A stretch of 64,000 nt of DNA from Raillietiella orientalis (taxonomy: Eukaryota), in the NCBI GenBank assembly GCA_036172245.1, contig JAYWIR010000045.1:1178001-1242000 (forward strand). Direction: 5' to 3'. Every line of letters begins with the position of its first letter. Position 1 is the stretch's first letter. Below are positions 11,837 through 25,649 of the stretch, in pieces. A program made the translations under genes and the position numbers. Under the pieces are notes generated by a model that saw only the letters and a program-made list of their open reading frames with translations, was not told where the DNA came from and did not search any database.

Positions 11837-14571
11837 TCGGTGCTTTCATCTCTCAGAAGTACGGATGTTCAACACGTCATGGAAGGCATGATTCAATAAA
11901 TTGTAAACATCGGAAGTACCTGAGGATGCATTCTCACATGCGATATACAAAGTCAAATATATGATAACTATCATAATAGAATAATAATAATTCATCTGAT
12001 GTGTTCATGAAACGAGGCGCCTCAGTTGTTTTTTCTTGCCAAGTTCTTTCGATTTGTGCAGAGGCAGATTCACGAAGATGTTTGGCGGATGTTTACGAAA
12101 CCAGCCTGGGATAGAAATTGTGCACATGTTTACACATCCTGTACCTTGTGCAAAACATGATGCATTTTTAGAAGTAAAGATCGCTTGTCCAACTGTCACA
12201 GGAAATCGGTGCATAAAATCGGATAATTTCCGATATGGTCTGGGACTTGGTGTCTTGACATCGTCTCGATTTCGTCTTTCCATTTTGCCTTGCCCGCCTC
12301 ATAGACCGGGCCTCCGTTGCCCTTGATGAGCCCTTGGAGTGTGCGGCTAAGTCACACGGGTTTTGAGTTGAATGTTTTTCAGCTCACTAATACATCGTTG
12401 TGCAAAATTGTGTACCGATATATCGAAGTCGCAATATCAAGGTGTACTTGTATCTTCAGATTCTCATGCTTGTGAAGGTGTTAGTTTTTTTTTTTTTTTT
12501 TTCTTTCAAATTTAAGGCCACTTTCAATATAACTTGCTGCAAACCTCGAGTTATTCTTATCGATGACTTTATATTCTTACAGTCTCCTTTCCTAAAACCT
12601 TTTGATTTGTTGAAGGATTCTTCTAAAAAGATTTCCTGTTTTAACTTTCAGAAATGCAGTATGTAAAAGTAGAAGCCGAATATTTTCAAATTTTTGTTTG
12701 TTTTGATATCTATGCGGAGGTTGGTTGGAATTAGGTTTGAGATTTCATGGAGTATCCGAGTGGTTATTACAAAGCTCCATCCTCTTGGCTGAGATGAGAA
12801 AAGATCTAACTGGATTTAATTGTTCTTCCCAGAAGCTTCCTGCAGGAAGCCGTGATTTGTCGAAAATTTTTGCGACAAAAATTGCGTTTAACAGTTCACA
12901 TGCATGCAGTCCGATACGAGTCCAAGAGGTGCGACAGCAGCCTGGGATTCGAGAGGTGTGTAATCCTTCCGATTTTGGCAGAAGTAACATGTATGTGCAA
13001 GATACCAAAAATACGCAATATGCGTTGGCAATGGAGAGGGATCTAGGAACTCATCCATTGCTTTAGAAGTATTCCATTTTCGAATTTCACCCTTTGCAAC
13101 CATTCTGCATTTTCACTTCCCGTGGGAAAACTTCAATGGTGGCCGAAGACAGACATCAAAAGCCAATGTACGGCAAAAAGCGAAGATTAAGAGGAATACA
13201 ATAATCGCTTCAGATAGTTTACATTGCCATTCGTAATCCTGGAAACCAATTCAGTAAAAGCACCATCGTATTTCAAATAAAAGTTCCTGAATAAATACAG
13301 TTGCATTCTAACGATTAAAAACAATACTTTGAAAATGGAAAAAATGCCTTGCATCATGTGAACTTGTATGGTCTTTATAAGAGTACATGAAAGTGAAAGA
13401 CGAAATGAAGAACGGCATCAACAACAGCAGTCGCAAATAAAATCTTGCGTTTTTACACTTCTCTTTATTTGGCTGCTCTTCAAGCTAAAGTGTACATCAA
13501 GCTGAATGCTACTTGTTTGAATGCTTGAATCCGAAGCTGTATTGGATGTAGAACATGATCGTGTGTCAACTGTTTACAAAATATCTTGGAGCACTCCCCT
13601 TTTATATTGAGGCGCTTCAAAATAATACTCCCAAAAGGGGGAATGCGACTTTTCTGTAGGTTGGAAACTGCCTCTGTATTTGTGCTGCAAATGCTATCCC
13701 TCTTATATAAAAAATGTCTTTTGATAAAATCGAAAAATGAAGCAACGTAAATGTTGGATCAGAAACATTTTCTAAACTGAGGGTTTTTCGTTAAACTTCA
13801 AATTGCATCACTATATCCGTTGTAAGCAGACAGCCATCAGCAGCTTGTTCAAATTTGGAACCACACTAGCTGAATTTCTAGTTACATCTACATTCGATGA
13901 AAAATTCAAACTATTTTTTTCCTTGACTTTCATTCATCAGTGATATGGCCAAACAATGTTTGGTTTGAATTGAATTCATATGGGATGAATAAAATGGATC
14001 ATGGATAAAATTTATGCTTACGTATACATGTCGGTCTAGTATTGTTCCACAATATCTTGATTACGGGAATTGCATGAGTTTCAGAAAAGATTCGTGATTA
14101 TCTTTGCACGTAAGAAGTAAAAGTTATATTTAGGCAATCATTGAATTAGTTTTGCTATTTTAATTTTAAACTCTTTTTATAAATCCCAAAATCGCTATAT
14201 TTGGTGACATTTATTCGCGACATACAAAATAAATATCTAATTTAAAATTTGAAAATTTGATGATGAACTTTCGAATTAATTGAATTCAATAGATCAATTA
14301 TGTTTTAGTAGAAAAAAATTTCTTATCTCAAATTTTATTAATGTATTAAAATTTCGGAAGAGTTCCAAAGAAAGAAAACTTTGTAAGTAAACTAATAAAA
14401 TGCATGCCGAAACGTGGTATTTGTGCTTGTAGTTGTGTGCGTGCACAGTTAGCTGTGAAATGATGGTGACCATATATAATTGTATGATAAATTTTATAAA
14501 AAGTATTTGTTTGGAGTTCAAGAAAAACTGCAATAATGATTTAAAGCACTATTCCTGAAAGTGTTGAAAAT

Positions 14572-15759
14572 ATGTCTGGCGAGTGGGGTAAAAATATTTT
14601 TTGCCCGTTTTATTATTCATCTTGCTGGAATTGTATCATCATCATGCAAATTTAAAACGCATTTTAGCCTAGAGAACAATTTGCTTTTTGTTGAGTAGTT
14701 GTCGTAGAAATAATGTGCTATTCTAAGTTAAAGTATCATATGATTGAGTTTGAAAAATTGTTGAAGTATTTCGTGATAGTTGTTGCTCATACGAGTGCTT
14801 TCTGAAATTCCAGACGCAGATGAAGGTATTGAGGAGCCAACTGTTGCGGTTGAATCCAAATGGGAAGGCGAGGATGATGATGATAACGTAAAGGTAATCT
14901 CGTGTAGTTTTACCTTCAGTATGTGTGGTGTCTGGTAATTAATTTTCACTTAATGTATTATTCTTTGTGAATTCTTTTTTGTGAGTCATTTGTCATGGTA
15001 ATTTGAACAACTGCTTTGAAAATGGATACTAATGCATTAGGACAATTGGTTTGATGAAGATGAAGAGCAAGTGATTCCTACTGAGGAAACAAATATACCT
15101 GAGCCGATATTTCCTAAGAGAAAGACCAATTTAGATAAAGGTGAAGAAAAAGAGTTTGAGGAAGATTTTGATAAAAAGGAGTTGACTCTTGAAGAACAGT
15201 TGAAAAAAAAATTGAGAATTCAAATGATACAGGAAGAAGCAGACTTAGAACTAGCAAGAGAAACATTTGGTATTGTATTTCACAAATGTGTTTTTGCATT
15301 TTTTTTTACTGTTTTCTTAGGTGATTGTCAGAGTGAATCATCAGTCAGTTTAGGAGATGCTCTTGTAAGCAAAAAGGACTTTGATGAATTTCGAGAAAAA
15401 TTAGTGGAGAAGCTGAAAAATAGCAAAAATTCCGTTTTTTTTATTCATTTCATGGAAGATCTATTGAGAGACATATGTCTTGATTGTAAGTTCGATAATA
15501 AGTGTATCAGTTTTTACAACTACATCTTCAGTGCCTGCAGATGATATCAAAAAATTGTCAAATTTAATAACTGTTGTTCACAATGAAAAACTCAAGCAAA
15601 GCAAAACCACAAAAGGAAGAAAGAAAAAAGCAAAAGTGTATATGGGAAAGGAAGTAAGTTGTGTTTGGTTTGGATATGTGGTAATCATCTAATGTTTGAT
15701 TTCAGACTGATATTGAACAGTTAAATGTAGCTCTGGATGATTATACAGATTTTTTTTAG
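14572..15759 (+). CDS. EIF3J: Eukaryotic translation initiation factor 3 subunit J. Exons: 14572-14587, 14814-14893, 15041-15269, 15321-15485, 15532-15653, 15706-15759
   Basis: MSGEWD...KWEGEDDDDNVKDNW, KLRIQMIQEEADLELARETFG, DDIKKLSNLITVVHNEKLK, and C-terminal DDYTDFF*; all junctions GT-AG and in frame. Confidence 0.93.
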
Positions 15760-15849
15760 CATCATCAAAATCTGCCTTAAATGCAGTGTCTTGTATTTTG
15801 ATTTTTCTGTTTTTTTTTTGTTTTTTTTCATTTCTGATAATTATCGAAT

Positions 15850-17560
15850 TGCAAAAGAAATTAATAAAAGCTGATACACTTGAAAGAAAATGATGCTTTA
15901 CATACTCTGTCATTTTTAATTAGAAAATCATTTGTGAGTAGGATGCAGCTGATGAACCTTTTTTCATTTTGTACTATTAATCGAGCAGCAGTTTTCTCTA
16001 TGGCTGCTTCTCAGAATTAATGGAAGAAAATGGATGATGTAACACAAGGCTTCATCAAACATTCATGCAAGACTCAGTAAAGTTGGGTGCATTTGGCATA
16101 CAAGAGTTCACCAATAGCGTGATGTTTTCATTGTGTTCTCATGTGGCCTTTAAAGAATTTATTAAAATTCATCTAAATATTAATGTCTGTTAGAACAATA
16201 AGCTTTTTCAAAACTTAACATTAATTTCAAACGTAATAGGTTGTATTGCTTTTCAAAAAGTGTAGCATTACTCAAAAGTATCCAAAAATCGCAAGTAGCT
16301 AACTGATTACAAATTATTGTGTTTATGATATCGTGGCGTGGTGCGCGAGAGAATTTGTGCGAAGGTAAACTATATGCACAATGGGACATTTACACTGCAA
16401 GTTGAAGGTACCACTTTGAAATCTGATTGAGGCGGCAGATTCCCCCTAAGTGTTCAAAAAAAAACCGTGCAACTTTTCAAGACTGTAATCTTGCATCCTC
16501 AACTAGCCCGCAGCATCGTAGGTGAAATGACGTCAATTCAAATCAAATTCAACAGTTCAGTTCAACACCTATTTGGGACATTGAGGTATTCGACTCTGAA
16601 ATGGGATACTTGGGATTTCACCTCGAAGAAGGAATGAATTTCAGTGATTAGTGTAGTTACACAATGAGTACCTCCTAGATGTGTACTGTCTTGGCATCAC
16701 TTATCTCGAGCCTTACATTCATCTACGAGGGAAAAGGGGTGTTGTGTCGGAAAGATTCGGATACGCTTCTCATGAGGTTTATGTCGGTAAATCTCAGCCA
16801 AGTCAAACAAAACGCACAACTGAATTTCTAAAGTGAAAACGAGTTAAACTGACCATATGAGAACGAGACCTTTGCATGTGTAACACGTGGCATGGAGAAT
16901 TTCGTTAGAAAGTTCAGGAGGAATGAAGTATTTGAAGATACTCTGAACATGAAGTTCAGTATGCAAGCTGATGAAAAGAAATGTGGGAAGAGTAGAGTAG
17001 AAACAAAACTAGCTCACAAATACACTTGAAGTAAATAGGAGATAATATTTGAGGTTTCGAAAATTAACTGTTTCTTATTATTTTAAGCACTGCTTATTAA
17101 CTGTCATGTATTCTTTACCGATTTAAATAGTAGATCTCGACATAACCATCTAAAGTAGCACACATTACACGTACAGCCGGTTGGGCTGCAAATACTGAAT
17201 CTCTTTGGTCTTCGGACTCGCTATAAGATGCAGACTATGTGGATTACATTGGTAGGCAAGAAAGGTTTAGCTCACTATTTGTACGGTCAACATTCTGTTT
17301 CCTAGCTTAAGGTACTCTAGAAGCGTGAGTGATGAGGATAGCTAGCTCACTATTTCAACAGTTACGACGTTCATTTAAATTTCTATCAGTATCCATAACC
17401 CCAAGCATCCAAGGACACAGACACAAACGCAGATCCACCAAATGATTAACCATGGAGGGAAATTCTCGAGTTTTTTCAGAAAAACGAAACAGCAGTACAG
17501 ACCGTTTAGATTAGGAAGATTTTTGGATACACTGCTTCTTTTGTACACCGGTGACATCAT
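15850..17560 (-). pseudogene. RAD17: Heavily decayed RAD17-like (9-1-1 clamp loader) relic; boundaries approximate
   Basis: Motif remnants in the correct order on the minus strand, separated by stops and frameshifts: SELAI (17337-17351), degenerate Walker A SICSPTGC...WLCRDL (17131-17196), KITVLKS (16472-16492), KCPIVHIV (16368-16391), NATLFEK (16249-16269), HAIGELLYAK (16092-16121). Confidence 0.55.
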
Positions 17561-17857
17561 GTGGTCGAGTATTTGTAAGTAATTTAACTTCCACCTGTAT
17601 TAAAGGTTTTTAAATACAAATGTAGTTTTTTGCCATTTGCCGCTCTTGGCAGTAGATTTAAAAAATGGTTTCCAAAATCTTTATATCATATTACTTTTAA
17701 TGAGGACTAATTATATTATTGACTCCTAAATTGCTAAGTTCTTGAATTTTCATTTATTCTTGTAATAGTGTTACTTACTTGTAAAGAAAAAAATTCAATT
17801 ATCCGATCTTTCTGAATTTTGGATTTATTAGCGGAATTTCCTTCTTGTTTCTTTTTT

Positions 17858-20112
17858 ATGCTCTTTCGAATACGTGTCGGCTTAAGTTTTCCAGAATTAG
17901 CAAAAAAAATGGGGCGGGAGTTTTTGCGAAAGCCGAAAAGAAACAGGGGAATCTTGACGAAATGTGTACTGCTTTCGACTGTAGGGAATGAGGATGAATT
18001 GTTCTCATAAGATATTCTACAATTATGGCTGTTGAAAAACTCTCGGCCCGTGGAGACAGTCCTCTCCTGTATTGCATGCAAATGGACTGTAAAAAGTGCA
18101 GCTCCTTGGGGAGTTGTACTCTGATGTTACTTGGGCGGTCGAAAGGTCGAAGAGGGTTGTCGAAAATGGGGATTAGGATGCGTGTACTACGTAGTGCGGC
18201 TTAAATAGCAATAGCGGTGTGATAGTGATAAATATGCTTATAACGTCGAAGACTGTTGTCAGCCTAAAGCTAAAAGAGTCAATTGCTGCATTCTAACTGG
18301 TTTCTTTTGTTTTGTACCAAGGAATTTTCATTTTGGTTTTAAGCATGCATAAAAGTATTTCTCATAAGCAGAAGTTGGAATATTTGGGACCATATTCCAT
18401 CATGCACCCGAAAACTTCAATAGAAAGAGCCTGTGTGGTAGAACAAGTAAGAATTCACTCATTTTTTTTTTGTTAATTGGTGTCATTTATCAATGTCTTT
18501 CACAATTCCCTTGTATTTTTGTGTGAAGATTATTTTTTCCTCGTGTTTCAATTGCCCTTACGAATTGTGAACATGATAATGGGATTCTTTGTAATGTCCT
18601 TCTGCAAAAGCAATATGCATGAAATTTCTTGCTACTCATTTTGTATTCACGTTTGCGTCGCCCCTTCGAATTCTGTAGGGAAGAAAATAATCGATTTATA
18701 AGCTCATAACAACTGTGAAACAGAAAGGGATCGTAAACTTTTGCATATGTGATTATTTAAAGGTTCTGAATAGTATCTGATGAGCTTGAAATCCAATGCT
18801 AATTTTACACATAAAAAAGTTATGATAATTCCTGGAATCCATGCATTATTCGCACAAAACAACTGTAGGGACAGTATTTTTATAAAAAGAATAGATCAGG
18901 AATTTATCTAAATATTTCACTGCATAATAAACGTACTTTAGGAAATGCACAATATCTTTGCAAATTTCAGCACACAATACTTCTAGAATAATACATCTGA
19001 GAAGCATTATCATTTGTTCCAGCAACTGTGATCATGCGTTAGCTCATGATCACTGAAGATAAATTTTGAATAATGTTATAAATTGCATGAATTAACTTTC
19101 TGTTGAGAATTCGTGCATTTTATATGAAACCGAATTAATAAGTCATTTATACTTTGCTATCCAATACAGTGATTACAATATTGATGATCAGTGCTTAACA
19201 AAAGTGGGAAGCAATAACAGCCTTAATAATAGAGAAGAGGTGTCCATATGACGTACTTTAAATCAGAGGGTGACTGGAGATTATTAATTGCTATAATATC
19301 TGTATTTGAAGAAATTGATAACTACAGAATGTGAAAGTAAGAGCTGTTTGAACTACAGTAAGAAACTGATGAAACTTAAATGCAATGATAAGAAATATTA
19401 TAGCAAGGGGATATCAATAGAATAAAATACAGGAATTATTTGAAGCTAAGTTTTTTAGAACAGCAAACTAAGTTCTGGCTCGGGTCCGCATCTGCATCAA
19501 ATATTGGTAACAGTAGGTGTAATTATCCAAAATGAAACCACTTGCATCTAAGTGTAACTTGAAATTACATTTTCAGACTTTAGATTCAGAGTGGTAGGAA
19601 GTGCAACCTTTAATTCAAATAAATGCAGATAAATTTACAGTGAAAGCAAGTATGTAATTTATATATAGCTTTCATCTGAGTCAGAAATGAAGTTCCAAGG
19701 TATTCATGATTAAAGGTGGTCAAATCGAGACAAGAAGGTGACTTGAAATACATAACTTTCATGCTCTTTGCTTTCTAAGATTGTATGTATGGACCATAAC
19801 TAGTAAGGGCACACTTGGAATTCCCAATACATTATCAATACATTTTCTCCACCCATTTTGTCTGTGTCTCAGTATTATCAAAGGTGTTGTTTTTTTAATT
19901 GCAAGCACTTCTGATCAGAAATATTGACGAAAAAAACAACTTTAAGAAATTTCATTCTTATTTTTTTGCTGCACAGATCTGTAAATTATTGGATTAAGGT
20001 TAATCCTTTGTTTTGTTATAGTTTTTATGTATTCGTGTGGTGGTGATAAGCAAACCTTAAACAATTTGTGTATAAATGGAAACAATTGCACATATTACTT
20101 ATACATAACTAG
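17858..20112 (+). pseudogene. Decayed N-terminal (BRCT and linker) part of the SLF1-like gene
   Basis: BRCT-like remnants in shifting frames: ELAKKMGREF, STIMAVEKLS, ETVLSCIACKWTVK, GGRKVEEGCRKWG (compare SLF1 EKFLAACAAGKWILT and SGRWLDETTYEWG). Later exon-like blocks carry in-frame stops. Confidence 0.45.
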
Positions 20113-21067
20113 GCTTCAGAAGCACGATGCAGTATTTTTGGAGAATATTTAGCTGCTGGAAATTTGAAGCAAGCTCTGATGTACATTTATAGCATGACAA
20201 CACAGCAAATGTATCCACAAGCTGTTACTGTACGGCAACTTATGCAAGAATGCATTTTGGTGAGCACAGTTACTGTAGTTTTTACTCATAAATATTCAGA
20301 ATTCCAACAATACAGCCGTGCAAAGAGAAGCACTTTCTTATATTCGCAAACTACTAGACCTATATCCTCCTTTAGAGTGTAGTCTGAGAGGATTGTATTC
20401 AGAAATCTTTTTTGGTTACAATTATCGATCAGTGGATTGGAATTCTTGGGTGAGAATGCATTCACAAACTTGTATTCTGTTATAGCATTCACAGAAACCT
20501 TGGAAGGTTCTAGAAGAATTAACAGAAAACTATCAGAAATCAGAACACAATACTAGGTTTCTGTGTTTATTAAATATTTTAATAGATTTTCTGGAATTGG
20601 ACTTAAGACACTGGCTTACCATGTAAGTATATTATGATTTTGTATTGAACGTGCATGTGATTATATATACAAGAGATGAACAGCTTAAATGGCAGGATGA
20701 AAATCTTCCTCTGTTGTGCTGGATTTATTGGAAAAAATATAGCATAGGGTTAATTAATGTTGCTGTGAAATACCTTTTGAAATTATTAGTACATCTACTT
20801 CATGCTAAAGAAATGTATTTGATGACTTGCATCCAAGTAAGCTACTGCTAGTGCTACTCATCAATTATTTTTGTGTAGAGACTAGTTGCTATGCTGGCAG
20901 AAATCATTCGTCTCTGTGAGGCAAAAAGTTCAAAATGTCTTCTGTTAGTTCAGGCATTAACAGCACAACTGTCCAAATTGCCAGTTTCATATGAGATGTT
21001 AGATTGTCTGTATCCCTTATGGTTGCGCCAAGAAGTTTTGGAGTCACTAAATTTTCGATCCACATAA
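20113..21067 (+). CDS. SLF1: Intact 5-exon frame (about 261 aa) encoding the Nse5-like helical domain of SLF1/SIMC1-type SMC5/6 loaders. Exons: 20113-20259, 20300-20449, 20486-20622, 20674-20836, 20879-21067. Start codon unresolved
   Basis: No stops after splicing. YPQAVTVRQLMQECIL, KLLDLYPPLECSLRGLYSEIF, PWKVLEEL, LLNILIDFLELDL, PLLCWIYW...GLINVAVKYLL and LYPLWLRQEVLESL line up in order with the SLF1 segments YIPPVCVLHALL, LLHLHPPW...YYLELF, LLEIFW...VNMLL and SSWLQMFVAEAV (recalled, not searched). Confidence 0.65.
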
Positions 21068-21548
21068 CTTGTTGAACCTTTAGTTCAGGACATCTTTTGT
21101 TTAAAGGGCTTCAGATTTATCAAGATTTACATAAAAGTTGTAATAATTAATAAGAAAAGTCCAAGGTATTACAGCATAAGAACTTGGAACAAACATTTAG
21201 GCTCTTAGTATCTTCAAAATAAATTATTTGATTTATGTAATTGTTTATTGATAACAGTGTATCAACAAACTAAGAACAAACAGTTCATTGAACAAAATGG
21301 TTGACAGCACAATTTCATGGCTGACATATTGACTACAGTATTTTATCCAGCTAAGCAAATTTGCACTGGGAACTGAAGAATTTAAGAAACTCAAATATAA
21401 AATGCAAGTGGACAGCTTAATTGCCATGTTTAGTTCGAGATAAATCTGACTATACACTCACACTCTTTCTTGGTAAAATCTTTAATTCATATTTAACAAA
21501 TTCTTAAATTGGATATTTTGTTAATTTGCTTGTAAGAAAATAATGCTG

Positions 21549-23285
21549 CTATAATGTGCTTTCTGATATGATGACAACAGGCTGAACTGAAATCACAGTA
21601 CAGTAACGGAAGTATTTTATAGATGGATGCGCTTACCTTTCCGGCAGTGTTGTAATGAAGAAGAAAGCAATCCTACAAGTGCAAGTAATAAACTACAGAT
21701 GCCAATAATACTAAGAATGAATTGGTGAAATGGCATGAAAATAAAGAAGTCTTTTCTGAAAACATAGTGAAACACTTTTCACATCAATTATACATACTGC
21801 CTAGAGTATAGGTATTCAAGAAGCATAACAGCTACACCATTTGATGCTTTGTCCATAAAACTCATAACACCATAAATAAAACCAGTATTGCCTGCATAAT
21901 CAACAACAAGGTCTGCTGTGAATGCTAATGAAGTAATGAGAACAACAGAAGAAGCTATTCCCATTAAAGAAACAGCACCATACAATCCAAATGACTTGTA
22001 AAATTGACTGTTGTCAAACCATACCCATAGGCATGCACTAATGCCTACTAAGATACCTATAAAGTAACTGGCTCTTTTACCAGCCCAAGCATGTAATGGT
22101 TGTAAAGGAAAAGATGCCACCATGCCAGTGACATACAGTAATAAAGGTAGACTTGCCACAGTTGTACTGGGCAGGCTAAGGGTGCTTTGCAAATACAGTG
22201 GTAGATAGACTTGTGTCAAATTCACATATAAACGAGTGCCCACATACAGCATGCAAAGGGAATAAAATTCAGGTTTCTTGAACCATTCCCAGAAACTTAT
22301 GCTGTTAACGTTAGTGTGATTCACAGCAGTGCCAGGCAAATTATCTTGTACTTCTTTGACACCCAAATGGAATATGAAAGAAAAAAACAATCCTATTCCC
22401 GTAATGGAGCACACAACCACCTATTTGAAAGAATAATTCATCATTGTTAAAAGATTCTTACTTGAAAACTGTGTTTATGCTCTGGAGCAATTTTGTTATT
22501 TCCATTTCTCAAGCCTAATGCCAGCCAAGTGATAACAAAAACCATAATGTTAGACAAAGCAGTGAATGCATACCTAAAATTGGATTACAAACATAATGAA
22601 TTACATGTATTTTTACCGAATTGCTGTTAGCTGAGTGCGTTCTTGATCACTTGTTGACAAATAAGGTATTAAAGACAAATGTGAAATTTGAACAGCTGCC
22701 CAGCCAAATTGAAATATTATTACAAGCACTGAATAATAAAAAGCTTTGGCCCAATCTTCTGAATGTTCACATCCATAACATTCAGCAAAAATAAAAGGAA
22801 AGCTACCAACAATGCAAAAGGTACCTTCAACATAAAAACAAAAAATATGGCAAATCTATTCATGAATTTCTTCAAATGCTTTTGATTTGCATAGTTTATA
22901 GCTTTTAAAATACTAATAGTTTGCAAAATTATTTACAGCAATCATTCATAAGATTCATTGTAACCTGACCTCTTAGGAAGCATAAAAAATTTCACTCACC
23001 AATTAGGTGCAACATCTTTCTTCGTCCAAACTTACACGTACTAAAGTAATTACTTCTATTTTGATCAATTTCTAAACCCACTATCACAGTAGAAATAGCA
23101 TCTGCTATCTGACCCACTAGCATAACTAATCCAGATAAAGTACCTTTAAATTTCAACACCATATTAAAATATAATAAAAAGTAAGTGAACCATTGTGAAG
23201 CACAAAGGTCATTGTATACATGTCCTACACCATATGATAATTTCTGGGTCAATGAAAGACTCCCAGTTGATTTGAATATTGTCAT
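21549..23285 (-). CDS. MFSD12: Major facilitator superfamily domain-containing protein 12. Exons: 23285-23000, 22824-22617, 22573-22462, 22420-21798, 21755-21637, 21586-21549
   Basis: SYGVGHVYNDLCASQWFTYFL, GRRKMLHLIGTFC..SFPFIF, FQFGWAAVQISHLSLIP, TRLYVNLTQVYLP, FIYGVMSFMDKASNG. The last small exon is less certain. Confidence 0.92.
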
Positions 23286-25649
23286 TTTTGATTAACTAGG
23301 TCTGCCTTGTGTGCAGAATGGCAAATGTGTCCGTTAAGATTCGGATTTCTTGACCCGTACTTGGTTGACAAAAAGTTTTAAATACTTTCTCTTGTCAGAT
23401 ATCCATACTGCAAAACTGATATGGAAAATAATGTTTTCACTTATTACATTTAACATACACAAAAGTGGCACACAAAAAGCTGATGGCACACTCAACGTAA
23501 ACCCAAGGTATTAAATATTCGAAACATCACTTTTCGCGGAAGCTTTTTAAACATTTTAACATAGACCCATCCGTCTCTTGAAAACAAATACGTACTTTTA
23601 TCAGGAAAAGTCTAAAATACGAACATGACCTTATCGCTAGCATTGTATGTGAGTACACGTATAGTATTTAAATGCACGATAACGTCTTAATAACCTTGAA
23701 AAGTCCAACTTTGTTGCACGTCGCACCAATGCACCGTTGGATTTTCCACAGTCAGGAAAGTAGCGGTTACCTGGTATTTATTTCGAACCTTGGCATAAAT
23801 CTGGTTTATCGCTTATCTCTATGACGCTCATCTTCAATGTGATCTCTCCTACGAAGTACAAAAAACTGGTCCGAAAAACGTCACCGTAGCAAAAAGTCAT
23901 TCATCCTATCTGCTGTGAAAACGAGAATATTTATATATGATTAGTAACGTTCTTCAATCCTGTGAAATCCTATACGATGCAGAAATCTGATGATACATAT
24001 CGAGTATCAGCTAAGGTTTCAGCGTTATTCGACGTTCTCATTTACTTCGAGATCCTTCTGTTTCGGTAATCTGAAGAATTACCTTACAACTCATCAATAA
24101 TCCAAGCCACGAGAGACTGAGTGATGACTGAAAGATCCTTAATCAGAAAGTGAGGATAAAAGTAAATATGAAACAGTTATGGAGGATTCACTTCAATCTT
24201 TAGAAAATTCACACCGAATCAAGTACATCCAGAAGTGGATGTATAAAGGAAAGAAACCGAATTATGTTGTCGGAAAGTTTGATTGGAAACAATTAAAGCT
24301 AATAATTCCGAATCACATCTCTAGTGCACCTTTGCTGTCTACGTTCCACCATCTTCAGAGGTGGAGATGGTCCTTTATTCGATAATGGGATTTAATGAGG
24401 CCAAAATTGCTTCTAAATCATATCGTAAAGCAAATTACAGATGCACGGCAATTAATTTATCACAACTTCGCCTATCAGCTCACTTCAAAATACGTGCCGT
24501 AAAGCTTGTTTCAGATTTATGTCGTAAACGATACATGAAGTGGAGACTACGGGGCCCATCACCAACGTCCGCATCGGTTACAGGATACCCATCGACTCAT
24601 TCTCAACATGCGAAGCGCGCACATAGCAACTTCGATTAAGCAGTAATTGCATCAGAAAGGGAAAAGAAGAAATCTGCCATTAGGTTTTAATACATTTATA
24701 AATTAGCTATCCTGTTTTGCGTTCAAATCACTTTCTGTGTAACAAGGCAATAAAATATGTGCTTGCTTAATGTTCAGAAGATGAAGTCGAAAATTTTTAA
24801 CCGTAAAAATCTTGAATCAAAAATATAGTTCCCATAATTCAGCTTAATTCACTTTATCATCTACAGTAACTATTGCATTATTTTTCTCTTGAAATTGTCT
24901 TAAACTGAATGCATCCTTGCCAGAAGTAACTTTCTTTCTGAATGAAATTAAAAGTACTGACAAGAATCTCTCATTACAGTCGAATACTATAGCTTACCGA
25001 TCTTCTCATTTAGTACCAGGGCAAATATCCAAGTGTGATTTTGATGATGATTTTTCGTTTTTTTTCAAGGTCCAAAGTTAATGGCATCCAACAAATGGTC
25101 TCATAGTTTTAATGTTGTTGGGAATTATCGTTTAGTCTTTAGAATAATTTACATTCTTAGCTCTGATATACCATTTTCTCTTTGGTAAATGCAACTCTAT
25201 CTATTTTATGTTAATTTATTTCCAAATCTTTACTATTTTTCAAGTATTGTTCATAATTATTTGTAACACGTTCAAGCAAACTTAGAGCTGAATTCAAAAG
25301 ATGTCTTTATTTTGATGAATGTGTTGGGAATAAAGTTTTTACTACGATCTTCGTTTATGTGATGTGTATGCACTAGACAAGTGCCTTATTCTTGATTTTT
25401 TTTACACATATCTGGCATAACTCTATGTGGAATTACGTAGTTTGCTTGTCATTCAACGGGATGAATAATCAGCATTTAGTTCATCATATTTATATTATTA
25501 TAGCTTTCTTAACATTGTGTGTCCAAGCTATTCGAATACTGTTTGATCAAAGCATCTGCCACTGTTGGATCACAACTGATCTAACTGCACAAGTCATAGA
25601 ATTCAGCCAGTCATCTTTCGGACACCTTTGAAAGCCTGCATAGGTTTAT

